Source: an uncultured Actinomycetes bacterium
GTDB taxonomy: Bacteria; Actinomycetota; Actinomycetes; S36-B12; UBA10799
Direction: 5' to 3'
Length of the DNA: 64,000 nucleotides
Assembly (NCBI GenBank): GCA_964474045.1
Contig: CAYYRC010000001.1
Span: 49,023 to 113,022, forward strand
Shown here: positions 18,719 to 27,769 of the stretch, piece by piece
Numbering within the stretch: position 1 is the stretch's first letter
How the letters are laid out: the number at the start of each line of letters is the position of its first letter
Notes under the pieces: generated by a model
What the model was told of the DNA's origin: nothing
The model's input: the letters and a program-made list of their open reading frames with translations, nothing else
Databases searched by the model: none
Made by a program: the position numbers and the translations under genes

Positions 18719-19951
18719 ATGAAGATCGCGGACGTTTTCTCCACCCTGTTGGGGCCGGACTCCCCGGTCGCCGTCACCGCGTATGACGGCAGCTCGGCCG
18801 GACCCGCCGAGCCGGTGGCGACGATCGAGGTCAACACGCCGGAGGCTGTCCAGTACATCGCCACGGCCCCCGGCGACCTGGGCCTCGCCCGGGCTTACAT
18901 CACCGGTGCCCTGGACGTCACGGGCGATCTGCACGCGGCCGTGCTCAGCCTGGCGTCCTTCAAGTTGGGCGACGTGCCGTGGGCCGACGCCGTGGACATC
19001 GCGAAGGCGCTGGGCTGGCGCAGCTTCCGGCGACCGCCGGTCCCCGCCCAGGAGGTCCGCGGACTCGGCGGGCGGCGTCACTCCCGCAAGCGCGATGCCG
19101 AGGCGATCTCGCACCACTACGACGTGTCCAACGAGTTCTACCGGATGCTGCTCGGACCCTCCATGGCCTACACCTGTGCCGTCTTCCCGACGCCGGAGTC
19201 GAGCCTGGAGGAGGCCCAGGAGTACAAGTTCGACCTGGTCTGCCGCAAGCTGGGGCTCGAGCCGGGCATGCGTTTGCTGGACGTCGGCTGCGGCTGGGGC
19301 GGCATGGTGGTCCACGCCGCCGAGAACTACGGCGTGCAGGCGCTTGGCGTGACGCTGTCGCGCCAGCAGGCCGACTACGCGGCCAAGCTCATCGCCGACC
19401 GCGGTCTGTCCGATCGCGCCGAGGTGCGGTTCCTCGACTACCGCGACGTGCCGGAAGGCGGCTTCGACCGGATCTCGTCCATCGGGCTGACCGAGCACAT
19501 CGGCAAGCGCAACTACCCGTCGTACTTCGGCTCCCTGCGCGCCAAGCTCAAGGATGAGGGAAGGCTGCTCAACCACACCATCACCAGGGACAACGGTCAG
19601 CGGCGGGTGCGCGCCAAGGGGTTCATCGACCGCTACATCTTCCCGGACGGCGAGTTGTGCGGCCCGGGCCAGGTGATGGACGCGATGAACAACGCCGGCT
19701 TCGAGATCCAGCACGAGGAGAACTTCCGCCGCCACTACGCGATGACGCTGTCGCACTGGAGCGCCAACCTCGACGACAACTGGGACGCGGCCGTGGCCGA
19801 TATCGGTCTTCCCAAGGCCCGGACCTGGCGGCTCTACCTGGCTGTGTCCCGGGTCGGATTCGACATCAACCGAATCGAGCTGCACCAGTTCCTGGGCACC
19901 AAGACCACCGCCGACGGCGAGTCTGGCTACCCCTGGCGGCACACCTTCTAG
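18719..19951 (+). CDS. Cyclopropane-fatty-acyl-phospholipid synthase family methyltransferase (BfaB-like)
   Basis: 410 aa. Contains HYDVSNEFYRMLLGPSMAYTCAVF and SAM motif I LLDVGCGWGGMVVHAAENYG. Confidence 0.8.
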   Translation: MKIADVFSTLLGPDSPVAVTAYDGSSAGPAEPVATIEVNTPEAVQYIATAPGDLGLARAYITGALDVTGDLHAAVLSLASFKLGDVPWADAVDIAKALGWRSFRRPPVPAQEVRGLGGRRHSRKRDAEAISHHYDVSNEFYRMLLGPSMAYTCAVFPTPESSLEEAQEYKFDLVCRKLGLEPGMRLLDVGCGWGGMVVHAAENYGVQALGVTLSRQQADYAAKLIADRGLSDRAEVRFLDYRDVPEGGFDRISSIGLTEHIGKRNYPSYFGSLRAKLKDEGRLLNHTITRDNGQRRVRAKGFIDRYIFPDGELCGPGQVMDAMNNAGFEIQHEENFRRHYAMTLSHWSANLDDNWDAAVADIGLPKARTWRLYLAVSRVGFDINRIELHQFLGTKTTADGESGYPWRHTF

Positions 19952-21417
19952 CCCGCGCAGGCCAGGGTGCGGTTAGCCAGGTCGCAGACGCCCAGGGGGG
20001 CGCCGTCGAAGCGGAACTCGTCGATCGTCCAGGCGCCCGGTTCGGTTCCGGGCCGCGCGATGCCGTAGCCGTAGTCGACCTTCGTCCACAGCATGGTGGC
20101 GTTGGGGTACGGCGCCAGCCCCGGGACCAGCGGCTGACCGTCGGCACGGGTGAGCGGGCCGTACGCGGGGATGTAGTACTCCCCCGGAGGGTCCAGCAGG
20201 GCGCCGCCGTTGCCCATGATCAGGGCACCGGGCTGGCCGGGTATCTGCGTCGCCTGCAGATAGTGGTTGTGGCTGGCGAGGATCATGGAGTAGTTGTCCA
20301 GCAGGCCGTAGGAGGCCACCATCTGCCCGTCGGAGCTCCAGGTGTCGGCCAGCGGATCATCCTTCGGCAGGTTGACGTCGGCTATGACGGCGAAGAGCGG
20401 ACGGTGGGTGAGCAGCCATGACTCGCGCCCCGGCGTGGGCGTGGTCAGCGCCGCGGCCTCGCTGTAGCTCACCCGCTGCTTGTCCACCCAGTCGGTCAAC
20501 TCCTTGTCGGTGCCGTACGCGGAGTCCACCATCGCCACCCGCAGCTCGCGGCCGCCGTTCGCCGCGATCGGCAGGTCGAAGGCCCAGGTGGGCGTCGTCT
20601 GCGGGGGATGGGCCTGCAGCCCGTCGCCCGTCTGCTGCGGCGCGCACAGGTCCTCCACGCCGTCGCGCGGGTCGAGGTAGAGGAAGAAGCCGTTGCCCGC
20701 CCGGCCGCAGTCCTCGTGGTTGCCCCGCAGGAAGGCGATCGGCGCCACCGGGAACATGGGCGACATCGGCTCGATCATCTCGTAGAGCCACCCTTGATCG
20801 TTCTCGTCGAAGGGCATGCCAGGCGTGGGGCTCGGCCCTGGGCTGCACTTCGCGACGTCCTCAGCGGGGCAGGGGATCTCGCGGTAGTAGTAGTCGCCCG
20901 GATCAAGGATCACATCGGGCCGCGCGGCGGCGATGCGCTCGGCCATCTGAGCGAGGGGCCAGCCGTCGCGGCTGTTGCAGTCCTGGATGCGCTTTTCGTC
21001 CACCCGGCAGCCGGAGTCGGCCAGGATGGCGACCTCATCCACCTCGTCGGGCAGGGCGGCCGGGATGGTCAGGCCCGCCACGGTGGCACTGGTCAGGCCC
21101 GCGGGCAGGGGGGCGCTGCACGCCAGCAGGGAGGCGAAGGCCGGCTGTGCGGTAGCACCAGGGCGCCGGGGCGTCATGTCCAGCTCGCGGTCCCCGCCCG
21201 CCCCCGAGACCCTGACCTGCGGGCAGGGCGCCTCTGCCCGGACGAGGGCGCGGGCAACCAGCTGGGACTCCGACACGTCGCGCGGGGCCATGATCGTGAA
21301 GGCGGCGAGGGGTGCATTGCGGTTGTCGCGCGCGGCGACTGCCAGAACCGCCATGAGCCCCACCACGGCGACCACCAGCACGGCCGCAACCGGCCACACG
21401 GACCGCGACGGGCGCAT
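19948..21417 (-). CDS. Membrane-anchored/secreted metallophosphoesterase
   Basis: 489 aa with the N-terminal helix VAAVLVVAVVGLMAVLAV and blocks ILDPGDYYY, FLRGNHEDC and LASHNHY. Confidence 0.7.
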   Translation of the reverse strand: MRPSRSVWPVAAVLVVAVVGLMAVLAVAARDNRNAPLAAFTIMAPRDVSESQLVARALVRAEAPCPQVRVSGAGGDRELDMTPRRPGATAQPAFASLLACSAPLPAGLTSATVAGLTIPAALPDEVDEVAILADSGCRVDEKRIQDCNSRDGWPLAQMAERIAAARPDVILDPGDYYYREIPCPAEDVAKCSPGPSPTPGMPFDENDQGWLYEMIEPMSPMFPVAPIAFLRGNHEDCGRAGNGFFLYLDPRDGVEDLCAPQQTGDGLQAHPPQTTPTWAFDLPIAANGGRELRVAMVDSAYGTDKELTDWVDKQRVSYSEAAALTTPTPGRESWLLTHRPLFAVIADVNLPKDDPLADTWSSDGQMVASYGLLDNYSMILASHNHYLQATQIPGQPGALIMGNGGALLDPPGEYYIPAYGPLTRADGQPLVPGLAPYPNATMLWTKVDYGYGIARPGTEPGAWTIDEFRFDGAPLGVCDLANRTLACAG

Positions 21418-21429
21418 GGCGGATTCGGC

Positions 21430-22068
21430 TCAGGCCTGGGCGTGGGTGGGCGCCGGGGCCTTGGCGAAGTAGGCCGCGGCGTCGAGGTAGTCGGCGGTGG
21501 CGGCCTTCTGCTTGGCATGCGCCAACGGGGCGCCGATCTTGGTGAACCAGGCAGCGGGCTTGGACACCGCCCGCACCGTCAGCACCACCGAGTTATCGGG
21601 ACGGTGCGCCAGCAGGAACGACTCCTCGCCGTGCATCGGGTGACCCGGCAGCGACCCGTAGGCGAAGCCGGTCAGGTCCCCCTCGGCGACCACGGCCACG
21701 ACCTCGCACACCGCGGACACGCCCATGACGCCCAACAGCGGCAGCACGAGTCCCACCCGCTCGCCGGTCCGGACCGAGTTGTGCTGGGGCTGCACCTGGA
21801 AGCCGGCACGACGGTTGACCTCCCAGTGCATGAGCGCGTAGCCGATCTTGCGGTACTCGTCCTCGCCCTGGCCCACGACGCGTTCGGTCACGACGTCCCG
21901 GAACCCGTCCGGGACCGGCTGCCAGCCCAGGCTGATGCCGACCGGGGCGTAGGTGAGCTGGGCGTTGCGGGTGCGCTCGACGAGCGCACGGGCGGCGGTG
22001 CCGTCGACTTTGCGGCGGGTGAAGTGCACGGTGGGACCTCCAGCAGCGGTCGGCGGGTGGCGCAGCAC
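21430..22068 (-). CDS. DUF1990-like protein
   Basis: 212-aa ORF; a GTG start at VHFTRRK is also possible. The family call is from overall resemblance only (LTYAPVG..., GEESFLLAHRPDNSVVLTVRAVSKPAAW). Confidence 0.5.
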   Translation of the reverse strand: MLRHPPTAAGGPTVHFTRRKVDGTAARALVERTRNAQLTYAPVGISLGWQPVPDGFRDVVTERVVGQGEDEYRKIGYALMHWEVNRRAGFQVQPQHNSVRTGERVGLVLPLLGVMGVSAVCEVVAVVAEGDLTGFAYGSLPGHPMHGEESFLLAHRPDNSVVLTVRAVSKPAAWFTKIGAPLAHAKQKAATADYLDAAAYFAKAPAPTHAQA

Positions 22069-22105
22069 CCGGGCGGGAACGGCAGCAGTCTAGCCGCCCG
22101 CGCCG

Positions 22106-23020
22106 TCAGTGATCCTCGTCGTTCTCGCGGCCGGCCAGGAAGCGCTCGACCTGATCGACGAAGTCCTTGGGGTCCAGATCTGAGATGTCGGTTGCCTGGT
22201 CGTCGGCGTGCTCCAGGCGCGCCATGAAGTCGTCGTACTGCTGCTCCAGCATGTGGACGGCCTCCAGGTTCTCCGGCTCGGCGGACAGCTGCCGGGCGAT
22301 GTCGTCGTCGGCCTCCTGGGCACTCTCGCGCAGCACATCCATCGGCAGCTGCAGCCCGGTCTGCCCGGCCAGGGAGTTGAGCAGGGCGATGGACGCGCGC
22401 GGGTACTGTGCGCCGGCGAGGTAGTGCGGCACGTGCGCGGCGAAGCCGAGCGCCGTGTGGCCGGCGGCGCCCAGGGTCAGCTCCAGCAGCCCGGCGGCGT
22501 GCGCAGGTACCTCGAGGTCGCCGACGAACTGCCGCGGGTCGGCCAGCAGCTCCGGGTTGGTGCCATGCGAGGTCACGTTGACCGGGCGGGTATGCGGCGC
22601 GGGCCAGGGCACCGCGTGCAGCCCGATTGTCAGGTTCACGCCCAGCTGCTCGATCAGCCACAGCGTGTCCTTGGCGAAGGCGCGCCAGCGAAAATCCGGC
22701 TCCGGGCCGTGCAGGACCAGGAACTCGGTGCCGGCAAGGTCCCTCAGCCGGTCCACCCGCAGCGACGGCATCTCGATCTCGCCGTAGTGGTCGGTCAGGA
22801 AGGTCATGCGCGGGCGGCGGGCGCGGTAGTCGTAGATCGCGTCGAGGTCGAACTCGGCCACGGGCTCGCAGGGCAGCGCCGCGCACAGCGAGTCCACGGC
22901 GATCTTGCCCGCCGCGCCGGCATCCAGGAAGCCCGTGAGGTTGTGCAGCAGCACGGGTGCCCCGAGCGCTGGATCCGCTGGCTCACCGACAATCGTCACC
23001 AGGCCGTTGGGGCTGCTCAT
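22106..23020 (-). CDS. PAC2 (proteasome assembly chaperone 2-like) family protein
   Basis: Track ORF trimmed to MSSPNGLVTIVGEP at 23020. Blocks PVLLHNLTGFLDAGAAGKIAVDSL and YDYRARRPRMTF, followed by an acidic C-terminal tail. Confidence 0.7.
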   Translation of the reverse strand: MSSPNGLVTIVGEPADPALGAPVLLHNLTGFLDAGAAGKIAVDSLCAALPCEPVAEFDLDAIYDYRARRPRMTFLTDHYGEIEMPSLRVDRLRDLAGTEFLVLHGPEPDFRWRAFAKDTLWLIEQLGVNLTIGLHAVPWPAPHTRPVNVTSHGTNPELLADPRQFVGDLEVPAHAAGLLELTLGAAGHTALGFAAHVPHYLAGAQYPRASIALLNSLAGQTGLQLPMDVLRESAQEADDDIARQLSAEPENLEAVHMLEQQYDDFMARLEHADDQATDISDLDPKDFVDQVERFLAGRENDEDH

Positions 23021-23154
23021 CGTCGGAGTTCCTCTCGCCGCGCGCGACATTCGTGGTCCCAGTGTGCGGCTCGGAGGGCCGCAGCCCAAGGCGTCGACGC
23101 GCATGTTCGCCCAACGGCGAATCAGTCGGCCGTGCGTGCCAGAGTTGTTCTGTG

Positions 23155-24180
23155 ATGGACGTGTCCGAGCCGCCTGGCGGTCCGATCGGGGCCGACGAGG
23201 ACGTGCTGCCCGCCGAGAGCTCGACCGACCGGCGCAGGTTGCTCCGGTACGTCTGGCTGTCGATCGGGGCGGCAATTGCGACTGTGACGCTGAAGTACAT
23301 CGCGTACCTGCTGACCGGCTCGGTCGGCCTGCTGTCCGACGCCATCGAGTCCGTCGTCAACGTGGTCGCAGCCTTCATCGCGCTGATGGCGCTGCGGGCG
23401 GCCGCCAAGCCTGCCGACGAACTGCACCACTTCGGTCGCGGCAAGGCCGAGTACCTGTCCAGCGGCATCGAGGGCTTCATGATCTTCGGTGCGGCGACGG
23501 CGATCCTGGTGACCTCGATCCCCAAGCTCTTCCAGCCCGAGCAGTTGGAGCGGCTGGGGATCGGCCTGCTGGTGACCGTTGTGGCGACCGTGATCAACGC
23601 TGTGGTCGGCTTCATCCTGGTCCGGGCCGGACGCCGCCACCGGTCGGCCACGCTGCGGGCCGACGGGCACCACCTGCTCACCGACGTATGGACGTCCGTG
23701 GGAGTCATCGTGGGCGTGTTCCTGGTGATGCTCACGGGTTGGAAGATCCTCGACCCCCTAGTCGCTATCGCTGTTGCCATCAACATCCTGATCGTCGGCG
23801 TCAGGCTGATCCGCGAGGCCATGCGGGGCCTGCTCGACGTGGCGCTGCCCGACGAGGAGCAGTCGCTGTTGCTCGGCGTTCTGGCCGATCACACCCGCGA
23901 CGGGGTGAAGTTCCACGGCCTGAAGACGCGCGAGAGCGGCAAGGACCGATTCATGGCCGTGCACATGCTGGTCCCGGGGGACTGGACCGTGATGGCTGCG
24001 CATGACGAGGTCGAGAACGTGGAGGCAGACCTGCGCGCGGCGGTGAGCGACCTGACGATCTTCACGCATCTGGAGCCCGCTGAGGATCCGCGAGCCTATG
24101 GCGACTACGTGGGCGGCGTGGCGATCGACGAGGAGCCGGGCCCGGTCGGCTCGGACGGCGAGGCGCTCGGCTTGCCGTGA
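23155..24180 (+). CDS. Cation diffusion facilitator (CDF) family transporter
   Basis: Track ORF trimmed to the ATG at 23155 (MDVSEPP). Contains LLSDAIESVVNVVAAFIAL and HHLLTDVWTSVGVIVGV, which look like the TM2/TM5 metal sites, plus a C-terminal cytoplasmic domain. Confidence 0.85.
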   Translation: MDVSEPPGGPIGADEDVLPAESSTDRRRLLRYVWLSIGAAIATVTLKYIAYLLTGSVGLLSDAIESVVNVVAAFIALMALRAAAKPADELHHFGRGKAEYLSSGIEGFMIFGAATAILVTSIPKLFQPEQLERLGIGLLVTVVATVINAVVGFILVRAGRRHRSATLRADGHHLLTDVWTSVGVIVGVFLVMLTGWKILDPLVAIAVAINILIVGVRLIREAMRGLLDVALPDEEQSLLLGVLADHTRDGVKFHGLKTRESGKDRFMAVHMLVPGDWTVMAAHDEVENVEADLRAAVSDLTIFTHLEPAEDPRAYGDYVGGVAIDEEPGPVGSDGEALGLP

Positions 24181-24200
24181 CCCTTGCGCCGGATGTGCCG

Positions 24201-24248
24201 GGTGCGCCGGTGCGCCGGTGCGCGGGTGCGCGGGTGCGCGGGTGCGCG
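24201..24248. repeat. Octanucleotide tandem repeat (GGTGCGCS x6)
   Basis: Read directly: GGTGCGCC x2 then GGTGCGCG x4, preceded by the degenerate copy GGATGTGCCG. It fills most of the 70-bp gap between the convergent CDF and reductase genes. Confidence 0.9.
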
Positions 24249-24250
24249 GG

Positions 24251-25489
24251 TCAGGCGGCGAAGGGGGGTCGATCGTCGAACCGCAGCGACGCCTTCCCGG
24301 CCACCCGCCACAGCCGCGCGACGGCGTCGGCGTCCTCGTCGGTGATGAGGTTGCCCATGAGCCGCAGGGCGATCTTCATGAGGCTGCGCGAACGCATCCC
24401 CCATGGTCCTGCGGCTGGCAGCAGGCCGGGGACGGTCAGCAGGCCGGCGAGTCTGCGGGCGATAGAGAACGCCGATCCGTACTGCTCGCGCAGCAGGCTG
24501 GGCCACAGCAGCGGGTCGCCCTCGGCGAGCAGCAGCTCGGCCGCCAGCCGACCTGTCTCCAGGCCGTAGTCGATGCCCTCGCCGTTGAGGGGGTTGACGC
24601 AGCCGGCGGCATCGCCGACGACGACCCAGTTGGCGCCCGCCACCCCGCTGACGGCTCCGCCCATGGGCAGCAGCGCCGACCAAGGGCGCTCGACGCCGCC
24701 GGTCAGCCCCCACTCGGCTCGCCGCTCGTCGGCGTAGTGCTGGAGCAGCCGGCGGAGGTTGAGGTCGGCGGGGTTGCGGGCGGTCGCCAGGGTCCCGACG
24801 CCAATGTTCACCGTGCCATCCGCGAGCGGGAACACCCAGCCGTAGCCGCTCAGCACCTCGTCGGACTCGCCCCGCAGCTCCAGGTGGGACGAGATCCACG
24901 GGTCGTCGCTGCGGTCGCTGCGCACGTAGCCCCGCGCCGCCACGCCGTAGGCGGTGTCTCGGTGCCATTCCCGCCCCAGGACGCGCCCGAGTTGCGAGCG
25001 CGCGCCGTCGGCTACGACCAGGCGCGCGCAGGACAACTCGAAGGGTCCGTGCGATCCGGTGAAGCGGACGGTGGCCACCCGGTCCCCGCTGCGCTCCACC
25101 CCGACGGCGCGACCCGTCACCGCCCGGGCGCCCACGCCCAGCGCGTTGCTGCGGAGCTGTTCGTCGAGGACGGTACGGGGCGCGGCACTGCCGAACCGGG
25201 GTAGCGAGCCCCCGGGCCATGGCAGGTACAGCTCCGTGCCGAAACCGGCGGCCCGCAGGCCCCAGTTGCGTGCCCGGCCGGCCAGCCAGGGGGCCAGCCC
25301 CAGGGCGTCGAGCTCGGCGATCGCGCGGGGCGTCAGGCCGTCGCCGCAGGGTTTGTCGCGAGGGAAGTCCGCCGCGTCGGCGAGGACCACATCTGCGCCC
25401 CCGCGGGCCAGCCAGGCGGCCGCCGACGATCCGGCCGGGCCGGCGCCGACCACCAGGACGTCGCAGCGCTGAGTCGCGGTGGGCGTCAT
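24251..25489 (-). CDS. Geranylgeranyl reductase family FAD-dependent oxidoreductase
   Basis: 412 aa with the FAD Rossmann motif DVLVVGAGPAGSSAA and the family signature DKPCGDGLTPRA. Confidence 0.8.
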   Translation of the reverse strand: MTPTATQRCDVLVVGAGPAGSSAAAWLARGGADVVLADAADFPRDKPCGDGLTPRAIAELDALGLAPWLAGRARNWGLRAAGFGTELYLPWPGGSLPRFGSAAPRTVLDEQLRSNALGVGARAVTGRAVGVERSGDRVATVRFTGSHGPFELSCARLVVADGARSQLGRVLGREWHRDTAYGVAARGYVRSDRSDDPWISSHLELRGESDEVLSGYGWVFPLADGTVNIGVGTLATARNPADLNLRRLLQHYADERRAEWGLTGGVERPWSALLPMGGAVSGVAGANWVVVGDAAGCVNPLNGEGIDYGLETGRLAAELLLAEGDPLLWPSLLREQYGSAFSIARRLAGLLTVPGLLPAAGPWGMRSRSLMKIALRLMGNLITDEDADAVARLWRVAGKASLRFDDRPPFAA

Positions 25490-26106
25490 TGCGTGGCCGT
25501 CGATGAGCCTGATGCGGCGCCAGCAGCCCCGTCGGCCTCGACGGTGAGCTCGAGCGACGTCTCGACCGGGGAGCCGACTCCGGACTTGCGGCTCGCGTGG
25601 AACATGCCGCCGGCCACCACGTTCAGATAGCTGCCGGTGCCACCGATGTAGTCCAGGCGCCCGTCCAGGGCGGTGGCGCTGCCGTCGGCGGCCGGCGCGG
25701 CGTTGCCGTCGAGTCGCAGCGCCAGGGTGCCGGAGCCGTCGGCGGCTGAGAGGGTCACGAACCCCTCGAAAGGTCCCGCGCCGCCGACGTAGTTGACGCT
25801 CCCCTGCAAGGTCACGTTGACGGGGACTCCTTGGAGCGTCCCCGTGCCCTGCAGCAGGTTCCAGCCGTAGACCTTGGGGGTGCCGGGTCCCACGGTAGCG
25901 AGCTGGTTGGACGCGCTTGTCAGGGTGGTGGTCACGGTGACCTGGTCGGCGCCGTAGCTGGAGCTGGGGCTGGAGCTGGCGCCGGCAGCGCCGGTGGCGG
26001 TGGGCGTCACTCCGGCCGCGTCGGCAGCATCAGCCGCGTCGGAACATCCGACCAGAGCCGGCATCGCCAGGAGCAACGCCGCGGCCGCCGCTCTGCGTCC
26101 AGTCAT
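25486..26106 (-). CDS. Hypothetical lipoprotein
   Basis: Track ORF trimmed to [23 protein letters not shown] at 26106. Its stop overlaps the reductase start (ATGA). The body is Gly/Thr-rich and looks beta-type. Confidence 0.55.
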   Translation of the reverse strand: MTGRRAAAAALLLAMPALVGCSDAADAADAAGVTPTATGAAGASSSPSSSYGADQVTVTTTLTSASNQLATVGPGTPKVYGWNLLQGTGTLQGVPVNVTLQGSVNYVGGAGPFEGFVTLSAADGSGTLALRLDGNAAPAADGSATALDGRLDYIGGTGSYLNVVAGGMFHASRKSGVGSPVETSLELTVEADGAAGAASGSSTATQ

Positions 26107-26179
26107 CGCCCAAGAGTGCCAGACGGCGCGCCGACCGGCACGCAAGGGACGGGAGCCGCCCAGTGCTAACGTCCGTTGC

Positions 26180-26653
26180 GTGCCATCGGTCCCCGTCCGC
26201 CCGCGTCGCAGACTCGCCTCGGCAGCTGTGGCGGCGGTCGCTGCCGGGGCGTTGCTGGCCGGATGCGGCAACCTGTCCACCGCGAAGCAGGGCAGCGAGC
26301 AGGCGTGCGCCGCGCTGGCCGCCAAGGAGCCTCTGCTGACGCCCATGTTCACCGTCGCCGACGCCAACGCGACGATCGCCCAGGCTGAGTTCGCGCTGGG
26401 GGTCTACCAGCTGCAGTCCGATGAGATCCGGGCCCAGATGAACAGCAGCCAGACGCAGCTGCTCGACCGAGTCGTGCGGGCGATGGCGGAGTACCAGTCC
26501 GCGCTGGCCGGCAAGAATCGGGAGGCCGTCATCGCCGAGTACGCCTCCTACCTGGACTCGTACGAGATGAACGTGCTCATCAACTACCGCAAGATGGCCG
26601 ACACGATTGGCTGTCCGCTGCCGGGTTTCTACAGCGCGGTGCCGCGCACCTAG
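26180..26653 (+). CDS. Hypothetical lipoprotein
   Basis: GTG start at 26180 within track ORF 25994..26653. Signal and lipobox RRRLASAAVAAVAAGALLAGCGN. No family recognised. Confidence 0.5.
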   Translation: MPSVPVRPRRRLASAAVAAVAAGALLAGCGNLSTAKQGSEQACAALAAKEPLLTPMFTVADANATIAQAEFALGVYQLQSDEIRAQMNSSQTQLLDRVVRAMAEYQSALAGKNREAVIAEYASYLDSYEMNVLINYRKMADTIGCPLPGFYSAVPRT

Positions 26654-26689
26654 CGGCGTCGGCGCCTGAGCCTGCCGACGGCGCTCGGT

Positions 26690-27703
26690 TCAGCGCTGCT
26701 CGGAGGTGAGGAGCAGGCGCTCGGTCTCGCCGTGCACCTCCAGCCCCGCGGCGGTGCCCACACCCGCGAACAGAACCTCGTCACCGCGGGTGAGACGCAC
26801 CTGCACGCTGGCGTCCAGCGTCTCCTCGACGCGCTTGTGCATCTGAGTACGGATGGGCGCGTGCAGCAGGCCGCCCGAAACGCGTTCTGCCGACAGCTCC
26901 AGCTGCAGTGGCGCCCGACCCCCCGGCAGCCGGCGCGAGGCCAGGGTCCAGCTCACGTGCTGGTCGTCGACCGCCAGCCGCACGCTGCGGGAGCCGTTGT
27001 AGGTGGCGAAGCGATACAGCTCACCTTCGACGCGCAGCCCGACGATGAAGCCGCGGAACTCCCGCCCGCGCCAGGGTATGAGGGCCACCGACGCCATCAG
27101 CGAGGCGTCCGAGCCGGCGAAGGTGTTGGAGTGAAGCCACAGGTAGCCGGCCGGGAAGGCCTGCCCCCAGTCCTTCTCGATGTAGCCGCGTCCGCCGTCG
27201 AAGCTGGTCGCCGCGCCGTCGATGAGCAGCGTTCCCGCAAGGTCGTGCCCGAACGAGCACACGCCGTGGTAGCACTCCATGCTGGGAACCCAGGCATACC
27301 AGCCCATGACTCCCGGTGACCAGAGCCGAACCGGCCAAGGGTCCAGCTGAGACGTGATCCGCACCGTTCCGCGCAGGCCCGGCAGCTCCAGCTCGATGGC
27401 GTCGGCGGTGAATCTGTTGGGGCCCACGCGCACGTCCAGGCGATCGGGCGCCGCGGCGAACGCGTGCGCCGGGAAGCGGTGGTACCAGGAGCGCCCGGTG
27501 GACCCATCGAGCACCTGCACGAAGGCCTCGTCGGCGCGCCCGTCGTCGGCCGCGGCGCCGCGGAAGATGCCGGGGATGATCGCCCACCGTTGGGAGGCGT
27601 CGGCGGAGACGAGCTTGAAGTACCAGCCCTCGAAGGATCCCGGCCCCTGGGCATGGCCTCCCTCCGGGTGCAGGATGCCGCGCAGGCGGGTCGGTAGGGC
27701 CAT
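26690..27703 (-). CDS. Tocopherol cyclase-like family protein
   Basis: Track ORF 26690..28906 trimmed to MALPTRLRG at 27703. Blocks SFEGWYFKL and GRGYIEKDWGQAFPAGYLWLHSNTF resemble the VTE1/Tocopherol_cycl signatures as I remember them. Confidence 0.55.
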   Translation of the reverse strand: MALPTRLRGILHPEGGHAQGPGSFEGWYFKLVSADASQRWAIIPGIFRGAAADDGRADEAFVQVLDGSTGRSWYHRFPAHAFAAAPDRLDVRVGPNRFTADAIELELPGLRGTVRITSQLDPWPVRLWSPGVMGWYAWVPSMECYHGVCSFGHDLAGTLLIDGAATSFDGGRGYIEKDWGQAFPAGYLWLHSNTFAGSDASLMASVALIPWRGREFRGFIVGLRVEGELYRFATYNGSRSVRLAVDDQHVSWTLASRRLPGGRAPLQLELSAERVSGGLLHAPIRTQMHKRVEETLDASVQVRLTRGDEVLFAGVGTAAGLEVHGETERLLLTSEQR

Positions 27704-27769
27704 GACTGCGAGTGTAGAGGTGACCCCGCAGCGCAGGACCTGCGTGCGTCGGCGGTAACGTCTAGAGTC

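Noticed and set aside
17203-19942. Minus-strand ORFs 17203..18429 and 18470..19942, opposite the BfaA/BfaB-like pair.
   Set aside because: The plus-strand frames contain FAD-binding and SAM-binding motifs, while the antisense translations are featureless and Arg/Gly/Asp-rich.
20608-22227. 539-aa plus-strand ORF spanning the metallophosphoesterase and DUF1990 genes.
   Set aside because: It crosses two minus-strand genes and their intergenic gap. Its composition is typical of a shadow frame.
24201-24248. Considered whether the tandem GGTGCGCS repeat could be a CRISPR array or part of one.
   Set aside because: The units are 8 bp and contiguous with no spacers, and no cas genes are present. It is a simple microsatellite.
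24098-25220. ORFs 24098..25204 + and 24105..25220 - overlapping the geranylgeranyl reductase gene in other frames.
   Set aside because: Frame 24251..25489 (minus) has the GxGxxG FAD motif and the PCGDG signature. The others have neither motif and are very Arg/Pro/Gly-rich.
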